Shown: one piece after another, positions 39,466 through 49,772 of the stretch
Numbering within the stretch: the first letter of the stretch is position 1
How the letters are laid out: the number at the start of each line of letters is the position of its first letter
NCBI GenBank assembly: GCA_041695225.1
Contig: JBGFRI010000003.1
Span: 1 to 64,000 of the forward strand
DNA: 64,000 bases
Direction of reading: 5' to 3'
Source of the DNA: Deinococcota bacterium
GTDB lineage: Bacteria; Deinococcota; Deinococci; Deinococcales; Thermaceae
Notes under the pieces: generated by a model
What the model saw: only the letters and a program-made list of their open reading frames with translations
Databases searched by the model: none
What the model was told of the DNA's origin: nothing
Position numbers and translations under genes: made by a program

Positions 39466-39783
39466 ATGGATAAGCTGTCGTTCTGGCAAAGATTTTTTAC
39501 CGATACCAACGGCGATCTGATCAAGGAGATGATCCACAGCATCAAGGCTGCTGAGGCCCAGCAGTTGTACGAGGAAGGAACAGCCCTGCGCTACATTCTC
39601 GAACAGGCCGGCCCACTCGACGTACTGGACTATCTGGGAAAAGATGCTGTTCACGCAGTGCTGTACCGGAACGGTCAGCCCTGCCTGGAAGGCGAGCTGA
39701 TCGAGATCGCTCTCTTCCTGGAGGAGCTGGATGATTTATCTGGCTATGTTGTAACGGCAGCCCCGCTTCCGAAATCGGCATAG
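39466..39783 (+). CDS. Hypothetical protein
   Basis: 105-aa ORF following a terminator-like hairpin. Confidence 0.55.
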   Translation: MDKLSFWQRFFTDTNGDLIKEMIHSIKAAEAQQLYEEGTALRYILEQAGPLDVLDYLGKDAVHAVLYRNGQPCLEGELIEIALFLEELDDLSGYVVTAAPLPKSA

Positions 39784-39826
39784 TGTGTGGTAAACTTCGC
39801 CACGACACGGATCGAAGGAGGAGTGT

Positions 39827-40168
39827 ATGGACAAGTTTGCAGTGAGCAGTTTCGGCTGGGGTAGTCTAGAAAACAGCTACGTGGGAGTCACTGATGAGCG
39901 TAACCAGGTAGTCTGCCTGGTAAGCCCGCTGGCTGCAGAGATGGATCAAACCGATCTGGAACGCGCCGAGCGCATCCGCCTGGCCCTTGAGCTGACCGAT
40001 GAAATCCCCATCGATCTCCTGCGGGAGATCCACCAGCGCCAGTTCGATGTCGAGCAGCGGGCCGAGATCCTGCGCTGTCTGCGCGTAACCTGGTATAGCT
40101 CCCAGCGGATCAACCGGCTGCCTCTGCGGCACATCCAGCCAGCTGAGAACGAGAAAGGCTCTCTTTAA
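39827..40168 (+). CDS. Hypothetical protein
   Basis: AAGGAGG SD; 113 aa. Confidence 0.6.
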   Translation: MDKFAVSSFGWGSLENSYVGVTDERNQVVCLVSPLAAEMDQTDLERAERIRLALELTDEIPIDLLREIHQRQFDVEQRAEILRCLRVTWYSSQRINRLPLRHIQPAENEKGSL

Positions 40169-40181
40169 CCAACTCCCAACT

Positions 40182-40679
40182 CTACCTAACCAGCCCCACC
40201 GGGCTGGTTGTTTCTTTCTGCAGCGCCCGCATATACTCGTAAGCCAGATGGTGGATAGGGCCCAGCCGGCTGCGGGCCACCCAGCGTACCCGCACCCACT
40301 CAAATCCGCCCCTGAAACCGTAGTAAAGCGCCCATAACGGCAGGTCCAGCTCCTGGCGGGAGGTAAGGGCATCAATGCCGCTGGCATTCAGAGCCCGCAC
40401 CAGGGTCTGGGCGTCAGTGCGGATCAGTACCTGCCGGTGCCCTGCCAGCCGGGCCTGGTACAGCCCCTGTATTACCGCAATCAGCTCAGCCCGGTGGGGA
40501 TGCACCCAGCCCTCGAGCCGGGGCAGGGCCAGGGCCTGTGCTGAGCCATGGCCGTCCCGATGATTCCACCCCACCAGGGTGCGCTTGGCCTGGCCGGTGC
40601 GTCCCAGGGCCAGTGCCCAGACCGCGTACTGGCTGGCCTCTCCCGCCAGCACAGAACCATCGGTCCAGAGCGTAATCAT
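40182..40679 (-). CDS. RNase H-like protein
   Basis: LWTDGS, RAELIAVIQGL, IRTDAQ, RWVAR. Confidence 0.8.
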   Translation of the reverse strand: MITLWTDGSVLAGEASQYAVWALALGRTGQAKRTLVGWNHRDGHGSAQALALPRLEGWVHPHRAELIAVIQGLYQARLAGHRQVLIRTDAQTLVRALNASGIDALTSRQELDLPLWALYYGFRGGFEWVRVRWVARSRLGPIHHLAYEYMRALQKETTSPVGLVR

Positions 40680-40767
40680 CCAGGTACCTTACCAACAACT
40701 ATTCCTGTTTGGCGGTTATACTGCACCACACACTTATGATATGTTATTTAGCGATAGGAGGTATAAG

Positions 40768-41247
40768 ATGATGATAGCTTTCGGAAAGGGGCTGGTTGAA
40801 CTCGAGCAGCCAGCCCTCGAACTCTCCCTAAAAGACCTGGCCCAGGCCCTTTCCCGGATCCATCGCTGGAACGGGAACAGCCCCATCACCGTGGCCCAGC
40901 ACTCGGTGATGGCAAGTTACCTGGCGCGGGGCTTTCCCCGCGAAGCCCTGCTGCACGATGCAGCAGAGGCCCTAATAGGGGATCTGGCCACCCCGCTAAA
41001 GGCCCTGGCCCCGGAACTGCTGGCCCTGGAGAACCGGGTGCTGGAACGGATCTTCCGGGCGCATCGGCTTATCTGGCCGGTCCCGGTAGAGGTCAAGTGG
41101 GTAGACAGCCGGCTGGCGGCCACCGAGGGTCGGGACTTCTTTGGCCTGAACGGGGAGGTCCGGCCCTATCCCCTGGCTATACAGGCCTGGGGGCCGGAGC
41201 AAGCCCGGACCCGGTTCCTCGAGCGAGCCTACCGGCTGGGCCTGTAA
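40768..41247 (+). CDS. HD-domain phosphohydrolase (YfbR-like)
   Basis: LA.ALS.I.RWNG, TVAQHS, ALLHDAAEA.IGD..TPLK. Confidence 0.88.
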   Translation: MMIAFGKGLVELEQPALELSLKDLAQALSRIHRWNGNSPITVAQHSVMASYLARGFPREALLHDAAEALIGDLATPLKALAPELLALENRVLERIFRAHRLIWPVPVEVKWVDSRLAATEGRDFFGLNGEVRPYPLAIQAWGPEQARTRFLERAYRLGL

Positions 41248-41510
41248 CCACAGGAAAAACAAGGGGGGCGCCGCCCCCCTTAATGTTTTAAGGTCTCAGC
41301 TCCCGGCCCGAGGCAAAGGCCGGCCCAAGCTGCATAATCTCCGCCAGCAGTCCCATAGCGGGACGGGGCAGTTCAATGACTTGAATATCGCCGCTGGCCT
41401 CCACACCCGGACCCAGCAAAAGGTAGCCATGGCGCAGGCCTTCTACCAGCAACATTCCCCCAGCAATCCTGCTGCCCACATCGCTGACCCGGCCCTGACT
41501 CTCCCCACGC

Positions 41511-43088
41511 CTAAAGGCGGGGGGTTCTAAGAGCGTCTCCCAGGGGGTCTCGCAGACTGACTGCTTCTGCGCCGTAACCCTGGGCTGGCCCTCTTTGACG
41601 CACGATGCGCTCTGGCGCAGGCAGCGATATTGCTGTCCGCGCGGTCGGAAGCCTATGGCCCCCAACGCTCGCGCATTGATCCATCGCCCATCCCGTGCGT
41701 CGTAGCAGCGAGTGCGCAGCCACCCAGGTCTCGACGATTCCATCAAAGATCTGGGAAGGATGGGCATGGTTCCCGGCAGAAACACACACCTGCTTCGCCA
41801 GGAATGCCGAGTAGATGTCGCGCTGGACCATACCACTACCATCACCCAGCAGGTGCCAGCGCTCGTTGAGCGCCTTTTTCTGAAAGGTGGCAGTGGTGTG
41901 GTCGAACTGCGAGAGCCGCAGCTTCCAGGTCTCCAATCTCACGAACTTTCCGCCGGCGCTTTCAGCCTTGCGAGTAAGTTGCGTGATCAGTGATCCTGGT
42001 GCGCGAACCTTGACCGAGCGGCCATAGGTTTTTTGGAAGGCTTTGTAGGAGAGACTCTCGGCCTGGATAACATTGCCCTGGGCCAGGATCTGGTTACACA
42101 GCCGCCCGTGGTCGCGGCTGCGCCGCTGGGCCAGCACCCGCTCGGTCTCGGCCAGCTCCTTGCGTACCGCCTCGTACCGCTGCGAGCGCACCGTAAGCGT
42201 CGCCCCGCGCTTCCAGGTCCCGTCGGCATTGAAACAGTCTGGATTGGTAGCGCGGCGCGAACGATCCAGTCTGCGCTGTAAGCGCCGGACCTTCCTCCAG
42301 GGCTGCTCAACGCTGGGCGCAAGCCTGACCAGATCAGCAGCCCTATCGCCCACCACGGCCACACTGCTGGGGCCGATGTCGATGCCCACGCGAACGCCCT
42401 CCACCGTGGCGTATCTGCGCGGTGGCTGGCCTTCCTGTACAAGCTGGACAAACCAGCGACGCTTACCACTGACTACCCGCCAGAGCAGGCGGCAGTATTT
42501 GGTGCGCCGGGTAAGCGCCTCCTGCACATAGTTATATTTGTCCTTAGACTCACCGGGCACCAGGACCGGCAGCACCAGCCCATTCCACTCCACTATCCGG
42601 GACTCAGCCCGCCAGCGGATACCGGCATTGTTGGTCTTGGACTCCATCGAGTGCAGCGGACGCCTCGCGCCCTTGAAGCGGGGACGACCTCGCTTGCCGA
42701 AGGAATACTCCTGAGCAGCATTGAAAGCCCGCTCAGCGGTACGCTGGGTATCATGCGCTCCTAGACGGTCCTGCCAGCCGGCCCGGTTTTTACACTGTGT
42801 TCCAAATGCAGAGATCTCTGCGGAGGTGAACCGGTGCTCCCTGATTGCAAGTTTGAAAGCTGCACGCCGCTCGGGATTGCGTTTTTTGTCCACCCATTTC
42901 GGCAGGGCCTGGGCTATACGCCAGGCTTCCGAGCTGCGCATCTGGTCTAACCGCTCCAGGGCCTGACCCAGGCAGGCGTTGTATAGCCGTCGACCGGCCT
43001 CGAACGAGGCCAGGAGTTTACGCTCCTCACGTGGGTGTACTACCAGCGGTAGTTCCAGGACAAAGCTGGGGGTTGAGCTGCGTTTCAT
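41511..43088 (-). CDS. tnpB: TnpB RNA-guided endonuclease
   Basis: RRLYNACL, GRPRFK, VGIDIG, QAESL, QRDIYSA RuvC motifs. Confidence 0.85.
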   Translation of the reverse strand: MKRSSTPSFVLELPLVVHPREERKLLASFEAGRRLYNACLGQALERLDQMRSSEAWRIAQALPKWVDKKRNPERRAAFKLAIREHRFTSAEISAFGTQCKNRAGWQDRLGAHDTQRTAERAFNAAQEYSFGKRGRPRFKGARRPLHSMESKTNNAGIRWRAESRIVEWNGLVLPVLVPGESKDKYNYVQEALTRRTKYCRLLWRVVSGKRRWFVQLVQEGQPPRRYATVEGVRVGIDIGPSSVAVVGDRAADLVRLAPSVEQPWRKVRRLQRRLDRSRRATNPDCFNADGTWKRGATLTVRSQRYEAVRKELAETERVLAQRRSRDHGRLCNQILAQGNVIQAESLSYKAFQKTYGRSVKVRAPGSLITQLTRKAESAGGKFVRLETWKLRLSQFDHTTATFQKKALNERWHLLGDGSGMVQRDIYSAFLAKQVCVSAGNHAHPSQIFDGIVETWVAAHSLLRRTGWAMDQCASVGGHRLPTARTAISLPAPERIVRQRGPAQGYGAEAVSLRDPLGDALRTPRL

Positions 43089-43501
43089 GACGCTCCCGCC
43101 CATTTTTGCTGCTCAACATACTGCTTTAGAACCGCTAGTGGCGCACCACCGCAGGTAGCCACAAAGTAGCTGTTGCTCCAGAGTGACGGCAGGCGGCTTC
43201 TCAGCCAGGGAAACTCCGTCCTCAACAACCGGCTGGATCGGCCTTTGACTGCCTTTACCAGGCGATGAATACCAAACTGCGGGTCCACCTCTACTACCAG
43301 GTGTACATGATCGGGCATGACCTCCAAGGCGGCTACCTCAGACCTGGTCTCCGAGCAGATTTCCCGAATGATAGTTTCTAGTCTAATATCTACTCCTTCA
43401 ATTAATACAGAGCGGCGGTATTTAGGACAGAAGACAACATGGTAAGTACAGGCATAAACTACGTTGTTATTAGATCTGTAGTTAACCCTGTACTCAGGCA
43501 C
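43085..43501 (-). CDS. tnpA: IS200-type Y1 transposase
   Basis: YHVVFCPKYRR, MPDHVH, KGRSSR, LWSNSYF, YVEQQ. Confidence 0.95.
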   Translation of the reverse strand: MPEYRVNYRSNNNVVYACTYHVVFCPKYRRSVLIEGVDIRLETIIREICSETRSEVAALEVMPDHVHLVVEVDPQFGIHRLVKAVKGRSSRLLRTEFPWLRSRLPSLWSNSYFVATCGGAPLAVLKQYVEQQKWAGAS

Positions 43502-43990
43502 AAAATGATTATACCATAGAAGATTATCTAATACCAGCCCTGACGGGCCATCCGCTTACCCCATACCTGAAGGCAGGGGCTTGCGCGGATGAGTTGGTCA
43601 GGTAAACGTAAGCCTCAAGTACCAACCGGTGCTGGCCATTATCAGCTACTCCTAACGGTACAGTTGCCAGGCTTCCAGCCGTACAGACCAGGCCCTGGCT
43701 GTTATAGGTATGGTTTGCCCGGCGCAAACGTGCGGTGTGCTCCACCAGCCGGACCTCCCCGATAGCCGACAGACTCACCTGAAGGCGGTATGACCCTCCA
43801 ACAAACTCACGGGGCGCCTGCAAACTGAGCGTCGCCGAAGGCGGGGTTGTGGGCAGGCGGGCCAGGTCAACCTGGCAGCCCTGCGCCAGGCTGGGTGCGA
43901 ACAGAGGAATAAATACAGCAAAGAATCGCAACATATTGCCTATAATATAGTAGACTGAGTTGTGATAGGAGACAGGATGAAAGCAAAAAA

Positions 43991-44608
43991 GTGAAGCCGA
44001 AACAAAGACCATATCAGAATCCCAAATGGCTACGGCGCGAATTAAAACGCTTCGGTAGCCTGTCGACCCTATGCAAAGCGCATCAATTATCGGAGGGAAC
44101 AGTAGTTAGTTATCTGAGGCGACACCCGGAGGTCAAGAGCCAAGTTGAGGACTTATTAAAAAAGCCGCAGTCCCTGCTCAAAAGCGGTAAAAAACGGCAG
44201 GAAGTAGGGCAGACCCGGCTGGCCACACTTAAACGGCACAAACGGGACTGGACCGTCGAGGAACTCCAGGCGCAGAATCTGCCCCTCTACTGGAACCATA
44301 ACTGGCTGGTTGAGAAACTCACAGAGCTGCGCACCGTAACGGCAGTCTGCCAGAAATATGGCTACACCGTTAATGCTGTGCTGCGTTACATCAGCCGCCA
44401 GCCAGACCTGCTCAACATGGTCCAGCAGGCCCGGGAGGAGATGCGAACCGATCAATCGCCGATCTTTCTGCATCTTCCCCCCGAACTGGCGGATGCGCTG
44501 GAAACAGCACCTACCCAGCGGGAGGTGCTGGTAGCTGCCGTCCGGCGGGGTATCCAACGTGCAAAAAGTAGAAAAGGAGGCACAGATGAAAAAGAAGGGC
44601 AAGTATGA
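43991..44608 (+). CDS. Putative DNA-binding protein (tandem HTH-like + RHH-like)
   Basis: Two WL...L...S/T...C..... repeats; LPLYWN motif; C-terminal IFLHLPPELADAL. Confidence 0.55.
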   Translation: MKPKQRPYQNPKWLRRELKRFGSLSTLCKAHQLSEGTVVSYLRRHPEVKSQVEDLLKKPQSLLKSGKKRQEVGQTRLATLKRHKRDWTVEELQAQNLPLYWNHNWLVEKLTELRTVTAVCQKYGYTVNAVLRYISRQPDLLNMVQQAREEMRTDQSPIFLHLPPELADALETAPTQREVLVAAVRRGIQRAKSRKGGTDEKEGQV

Positions 44609-45020
44609 CCTGGTTAAGTTAGGGCGGGCGCTCTTCCCCACCCGCAGCAGCTGGGAGATCAGCGACCTGGAGGCCCAGGGCCTGCCGCTGTACTGGAACC
44701 GGGACTGGCTGAAGGAACAGCTAGACCAGACCGGGTCCACTTATTACCTGGCCCGGAAGTGGAACTACCCCTGGGGCGAGGTGAAGCGCCTGGCAGAGCA
44801 TTTTGGTATCACCAGCCCTACCCAGAGGGGCTGGGTCGGCAAGTATTTCCTGCTGGACAAGCAGCTGTTGCGCGATATTGCCGACGTTAAGCCAGCCCAC
44901 CAGTCCCGCAACCGCTGGATTGTAGAGGCCCTTCAGGCCTATCTTGAGGAGCAGAAAAGCCAGAAAAAAGAGGGGCAGGGCCTCAACGAAGAGGGCCTAC
45001 GTCTACGCCAGGCCAATTAA
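44586..45020 (+). CDS. Paralog of the upstream gene; putative HTH/RHH regulator
   Basis: LEAQGLPLYWNRDWL vs LQAQNLPLYWNHNWL; C-terminal SRNRWIVEALQAYL. Confidence 0.55.
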   Translation: MKKKGKYDLVKLGRALFPTRSSWEISDLEAQGLPLYWNRDWLKEQLDQTGSTYYLARKWNYPWGEVKRLAEHFGITSPTQRGWVGKYFLLDKQLLRDIADVKPAHQSRNRWIVEALQAYLEEQKSQKKEGQGLNEEGLRLRQAN

Positions 45021-46756
45021 TCCCCGCAGGGGCCAGGGCCCAGAACCACCTGTGAGTACAGAAAGCCCTGGCCCCAGACAAAGCCCAGCGCTCGAAGCTG
45101 CTCGGCCTGCGCTGGAGTCTCAATACCTTCCACCACCAACGGCAGCCTCAGGCCGCGAGCGATAGACAGTATTCCCAGGGCCACCTGCTGGTTGCGCTCA
45201 TCGCCCAGGCTGCGAGCAAAACCATGCGATAGCTTAAAGCCGTCAATAGGTAGCTCGGACAGCCGCTCCAGGCTGGAGTGGCCGTTACCGAAATCATCCA
45301 GCCAGACCTGCACCCCCAGTCCGCGCAGCTCCCGGAGCACCTCTTTGATGCAGGTGTTCTCCGCAGCCGCGGCCTCAGTAATCTCAACCACCAGCCGGGA
45401 GCCCGGCAGGCCGTACTGCCGCAGCATACTCTGGACAACCTCCAGCAGCGCCGGCTGGACCAGCTGGGCAGGCGAGAGATTAACCGAGACGCTCACCCCG
45501 CGCCGCCTGGCCTCCCTTAGGGCAGTGCTCACCACCTGCTCGGTCAGAGGGTGGAGCAGGTGGTACTGCTCGGCCAGGGCCAGCACCTCCAGGGGCGGGG
45601 CCCCCGCAAAGCGCAGCAGGGCTTCTATAAACAGAATCTGATACGGGCTGTCCAGCTGCACCACCGGCTGGTAGTCCAGTCGGAAGGCCTTCAGGTCTCC
45701 AGGCCGGGCCCCAAAGGCCCCCTCGAGGGCCTCGACTACCTGGCGCTGGCGCTCGTAAAGCGGTTTCAACTGGTCGAAGCGCTGGATGCCGCCACGGATC
45801 TTGGCCTGTCGCAGGGCAAAGTCGGCATGTACCAGACTCTGCTCCCAACTGTCTCCAATACCCGCTATCCCAGCAGAAAAACCCAGCGGTACCTGCGAGC
45901 TAATCCCGGCAAGATACTCCTCGAGCGCCTCCTCGGGAATTGCCAGCACAAACTCATCACCACCCCAGCGACACAGCAGACTCCGCGCAGGCAGACCAGC
46001 CTGCATAGCTGCCACAACTTGCCGCAAAACCGTATCGCCGGCCAGATGGCCGTAGCGCTGATTCACCAGCCGGAACCTCTTCAGGTCAAACATCACCACG
46101 GCATGCGAGGCCATATCCAGACGCGACACCGCCTCCTCCAGCCCACGCCGATTGAGCAGATCAGTTAGCGGATCGTGAAAAGCCAGTCGGCGGATCTGCT
46201 CCTGTAGATGCTGCCGATCTACCAGCAGGCTGAGCTGGCGGGCAAAGGCCTCGGTCAGCTCTAAGGCGGTCTGGGGAAAACTGCTGGAAGAAAAGCTATC
46301 CAGGTACAAGTACGCGCTCTCCTTCCCCCGAAGCCGGACCGGGGCGACCAGCACCCCCTGTAATTCCCGTATGCGTCCAGCCTTTTCCAGGATGCTGCGG
46401 CGCCCAGAATCATAGCGTTGCGCCCGGATCTCGGCCTGGGACAACACCCGCAGGCTCTGGCCGTTCCGGCCGAAGCCCCACTGCTCCTCAGGGGCAAAAT
46501 CCACTGCCCGCAGGGCCGACAAGTCATAGCCCAGCGCAGCCACAAAACGAAACCGCCCCCCATGCAAAACTGTGATACTTCCAGCCTCCACCCCCGGCAC
46601 CGTAGCCACCGCTGCCTCTAAAAGCTGCTGGTAGAGATCCTGCTCCTGCATCACCGCAAGGTTCTCCCACAGTGGCAGCATGGCTGTACAAAAATCGTGC
46701 CACCAGAAGGGCTGGCCTGGAGTAACAGCAGATCTGGTCAGCTCAAACATAAACAT
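45017..46756 (-). CDS. GAF-GGDEF-EAL c-di-GMP signalling protein
   Basis: HDPLTDLLNRR, RWGGDEF, EALLR, SVNLS, EITE, DDFGNG, VVEGIET. Confidence 0.93.
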   Translation of the reverse strand: MFMFELTRSAVTPGQPFWWHDFCTAMLPLWENLAVMQEQDLYQQLLEAAVATVPGVEAGSITVLHGGRFRFVAALGYDLSALRAVDFAPEEQWGFGRNGQSLRVLSQAEIRAQRYDSGRRSILEKAGRIRELQGVLVAPVRLRGKESAYLYLDSFSSSSFPQTALELTEAFARQLSLLVDRQHLQEQIRRLAFHDPLTDLLNRRGLEEAVSRLDMASHAVVMFDLKRFRLVNQRYGHLAGDTVLRQVVAAMQAGLPARSLLCRWGGDEFVLAIPEEALEEYLAGISSQVPLGFSAGIAGIGDSWEQSLVHADFALRQAKIRGGIQRFDQLKPLYERQRQVVEALEGAFGARPGDLKAFRLDYQPVVQLDSPYQILFIEALLRFAGAPPLEVLALAEQYHLLHPLTEQVVSTALREARRRGVSVSVNLSPAQLVQPALLEVVQSMLRQYGLPGSRLVVEITEAAAAENTCIKEVLRELRGLGVQVWLDDFGNGHSSLERLSELPIDGFKLSHGFARSLGDERNQQVALGILSIARGLRLPLVVEGIETPAQAEQLRALGFVWGQGFLYSQVVLGPGPCGD

Positions 46757-46823
46757 ATCTCCCTATTTCTTTCTGTTATATCACAAAAAAGATCAGGGGG
46801 CCAAAGCCCCCTGTGCCTGTTGC

Positions 46824-47750
46824 TCATGCCGCAGTCGCGGCGGCCTCTTTTTTGGCCAGCCACTCCTGTAGGGCAGCCAGCTTCTGGCCAGCCTCCTCCT
46901 CGGTCATCCCCCCTACCGCTCCCACCATCTCCCGGTAACGGGAAGCATACTGGGGTGGGATCCTGCCGGACTGAAGCACCTCATCCAGCTTGAGGGCCAG
47001 GGCAGCCCGCTTCTCGACCGGCTCCTGTACCGGAAGCTCCGGGGTGGAGATGACCTCCCCATCTCCGTTGATCACCGCATAGCCCCGGACCTCTTCCAGG
47101 GTGGCAGTGCGGGGGTAGCGGGCGCCCCCTTGCAACACCTGGGCAGTCTCGGGAGCGTCAACCAGGGTGAACCGGCTGGTAGGAAAGCCGTCCTTACCCC
47201 GGACCTGCTCCACCTTGAGCAGGAAGGGCACTCCCTGGAGGCTGCCTCCGGCCACCTGCTGAAGCCGCCGCAGGTAGCCATCCACCCGCTCAATTGAGGG
47301 TAGACCCCGGATGCTGGCCTGGTAGACCCCGGCCCCGGGCACCCCCACTACCTGGAAGGAGAGAATGCCGACCGGCTTGCAGGCCGGTGGCTGCTCCTTT
47401 CCGTTTTTCTGGGTAGGCTGGGCAAAAGGGCAGCCACGCTGGGCGCAGTCCCTGGGCTTGAGGCCTTCAGGCCCCATCTCCTGGCCGACCAGCCCATCCC
47501 CCTTACACTGGAGCCCTGAAGCGCCGTAGCGCTTATAAAAAGGGTCCCAGACTTCCGGACCGAGGTCCAGGGGCAGGTAGACCGTCACCGCCCGGGGCTT
47601 GGGGCCGTAGATCGCCTCCACCACCTCCGCACCACCCACGATGCGGAAATGGTCAAGGGCCTTGGGGAAGCCCTTCTCAGTTTTCTCCCCGATCTTGAAC
47701 TGCCCGGTGCGGGCGAGCCGCACCCGCTCGGAAATTCCGACGATTGCCAT
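46824..47750 (-). CDS. Phage-type recombination directionality factor-like (Gp3-like) protein
   Basis: G.FKIGEK...FPKALDHF, L.C.GDG, C....CP, CKPVG.L.F, GVY; family recalled from motif pattern only. Confidence 0.55.
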   Translation of the reverse strand: MAIVGISERVRLARTGQFKIGEKTEKGFPKALDHFRIVGGAEVVEAIYGPKPRAVTVYLPLDLGPEVWDPFYKRYGASGLQCKGDGLVGQEMGPEGLKPRDCAQRGCPFAQPTQKNGKEQPPACKPVGILSFQVVGVPGAGVYQASIRGLPSIERVDGYLRRLQQVAGGSLQGVPFLLKVEQVRGKDGFPTSRFTLVDAPETAQVLQGGARYPRTATLEEVRGYAVINGDGEVISTPELPVQEPVEKRAALALKLDEVLQSGRIPPQYASRYREMVGAVGGMTEEEAGQKLAALQEWLAKKEAAATAA

Positions 47751-47866
47751 GCTTATCACCTCCGATAGGTAAACCCCTATCAGTAAAGATTATAGCATAA
47801 ACTGGCCTTCAAGACACTCTGTCCGGTGCCTTTAATTGCGCTGCAGGAGCGGTAGAAACTGGAGAA

Positions 47867-47899
47867 TCTTACACCCATGTTGAAAGCATGGGTGTAAGA
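47867..47899. repeat. Palindrome TCTTACACCCA-N11-TGGGTGTAAGA, copy 2
   Basis: Same arms and spacing as 13809-13841, different spacer sequence. Confidence 0.85.
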
Positions 47900-48358
47900 A
47901 AGAAGGGGGAATTATCCCCCCTGCACCACCTGCCACTGTTGTTCCGGCGAAAGCCGCAGCCGGCACAGCCCAAGAAAGCAGTCCCAGCCATCGAACCGCC
48001 TGGCAGTTATCAGCCAGCCCCGGCGGCTCACCACCTCAAACTGGCTACACTGGGTACGATCCGAAAACCGAACCGGATCCAGGGTAACGAACCGTACCCT
48101 CGGCTTCAGAGCTGCCAGCCCTCCCTGCTTCTCCAGACGCTGATAGCATCTGAACCGCCACTCCAGAGCGCTGGCGTTGGTGGTCGAAGTCAGGACTTCC
48201 AGGATACGTCTGGGACAGTTGTAGTAGTAGGGCAGCATGGTTTCGTCCATACTTTTATAACCCAACTTCCCGTCCCGCGTGAACTGAAGCAGGCTCACCA
48301 GCGCGATCACCTCACGCTGGCCATTACGCTCAATCTCCAGAGCGATGTACGCCTGCTA

Positions 48359-49732
48359 TCAAGAAGGTACGCTAATGTGTGCATCCTTCTCTTCCTGCCC
48401 CGAACCGGCCTGGCGACCGTACTCGTATCTGACAGGCGTAACTTTCCCGACCAGACCTAACGCCATGCCAGATCCAGCGCCGCCATTGCTGGGCGGACTC
48501 GCCACGGGTAGCGCAGTTGCGGTTGCGAGCCGTTTGAGATTGAGCGCTGCGTTCTGATCGCGGTCATGTTCCGTACCGCACTGAGGGCAGTGCCACTGCC
48601 GCTCGCTCAAGGTCAGCGCCTCATTTTTGCAGGCGCAGACTGAGCACAGGCGGCTACTGGGATACCAGGTGTCGGCAACGATCAGCTGGACGCCGTAGCG
48701 CTGCGCTTTATACTCCATCTGCTGACGGAACAGGCCAAAGCCCGCGTCGCTGATGGCCCGGGCCAGCCGCCGATTAGCCAGCATCCCTTTGACCTGTAGG
48801 TCCTCGATCACTACCGATTGGTTCTCTCGGCATAGCCGGGTGGTCAGCTGGTGCATGAACTCCGCCCTGAGCCGGGCAGTACGGGCGTGTAGCCTGGCTA
48901 GCTGATCTGCTGCCTTCTTGCGATTCTGCGAGGCCGGTAGCCTGGCACCCTTCGGCAGCGGCGCTCCGGGCGCGAAGCCAGCCGGTACTTTGGCTGCCTC
49001 TTGCTTGCGGCTCAGCCGACGGCTACGGATCCTCAGCCGCCGTAACGCTGCTTTGAGCGGCTTCGGCCCTTTGATCACCTCCCCGCTGGAGAGTACGGCG
49101 GTAGACTGGAGACCCAGATCAATGCCGGTAATGCCGCTACCTGTGCGGGCACGGTAGAACTGGTGGTCTGCAACCTCTACCTGGATAGCTACGAACCAGC
49201 GATCCGCCGTGCGTGAGATGGTCGCCCCCCGGATCGGGCCCGCAAAGCGCAAGGCTTCGGTCATGGCTACTGTACCTACCTTGGGCAGGCGAATAGTCTT
49301 ATCCGAGAGACTAAATTTGTCGTTGGCAAGGTAGAAGCTATCGCGGCACCGGCTTTTCTTCTTGAAGACCGGAGGATAGGCCAGCCTGACCCCGCGCTGA
49401 CGCAGCGAGCGTCGCAGCTGAGGGTCCTCCGGTGCGATCTGCGCCCCGGATTTCAACTCCTCAAAGAACCTGGCCCAGGCCCGGGCCAGGTGTTTGAACG
49501 GCTGGGCGTGGGCATCACGGTGGATCTCCTGCAGCCAGGGGTATTGCTGATACTTGATGGCGTTGAACTGTTTCTTAAGCACCATCGCGTTGGGTCTCTG
49601 CCCAGCCCGGTACTGAGCGTTCCATTCGGCTAGCGCCCAGTTCCAGACCATACGGGCAGTACCACAGGCCCGCTTGAAGTAGTCTGCCTGTTCGGGTGTG
49701 GGTATGAGTTCGATACGGTGAGATAGCTGCAT
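48359..49732 (-). CDS. tnpB: TnpB RNA-guided endonuclease (IS607)
   Basis: ACGTAR..WNWAL, GIDLG, IEDL, PSSRLCS.C, CP.CG..HDRDQNAA.NL. Confidence 0.93.
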   Translation of the reverse strand: MQLSHRIELIPTPEQADYFKRACGTARMVWNWALAEWNAQYRAGQRPNAMVLKKQFNAIKYQQYPWLQEIHRDAHAQPFKHLARAWARFFEELKSGAQIAPEDPQLRRSLRQRGVRLAYPPVFKKKSRCRDSFYLANDKFSLSDKTIRLPKVGTVAMTEALRFAGPIRGATISRTADRWFVAIQVEVADHQFYRARTGSGITGIDLGLQSTAVLSSGEVIKGPKPLKAALRRLRIRSRRLSRKQEAAKVPAGFAPGAPLPKGARLPASQNRKKAADQLARLHARTARLRAEFMHQLTTRLCRENQSVVIEDLQVKGMLANRRLARAISDAGFGLFRQQMEYKAQRYGVQLIVADTWYPSSRLCSVCACKNEALTLSERQWHCPQCGTEHDRDQNAALNLKRLATATALPVASPPSNGGAGSGMALGLVGKVTPVRYEYGRQAGSGQEEKDAHISVPS

Positions 49733-49772
49733 CGCTTTTTCACTCCCATCCCCGACCGCTTTATCCAGTCTA

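Larger units (their letters stand above)
41496..43596 (-). mobile_element. IS200/IS605-family insertion sequence (boundaries +/-1 nt)
   Basis: tnpA + tnpB; left-end hairpin AAGCCCCTGCCTTCAGGTATGGGG; right end AACCCCCCGCCTTTAGGCGTGGGGAGAGTCA; no TSD. Confidence 0.9.
41288..43934 (-). pseudogene. Secreted hypothetical protein gene split by an IS605-family element
   Basis: MLRFFAVFIP...AYVYLT joins in frame to GRVSDVGSRIAGG...ELRP* when 41496-43596 is removed. Confidence 0.75.
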
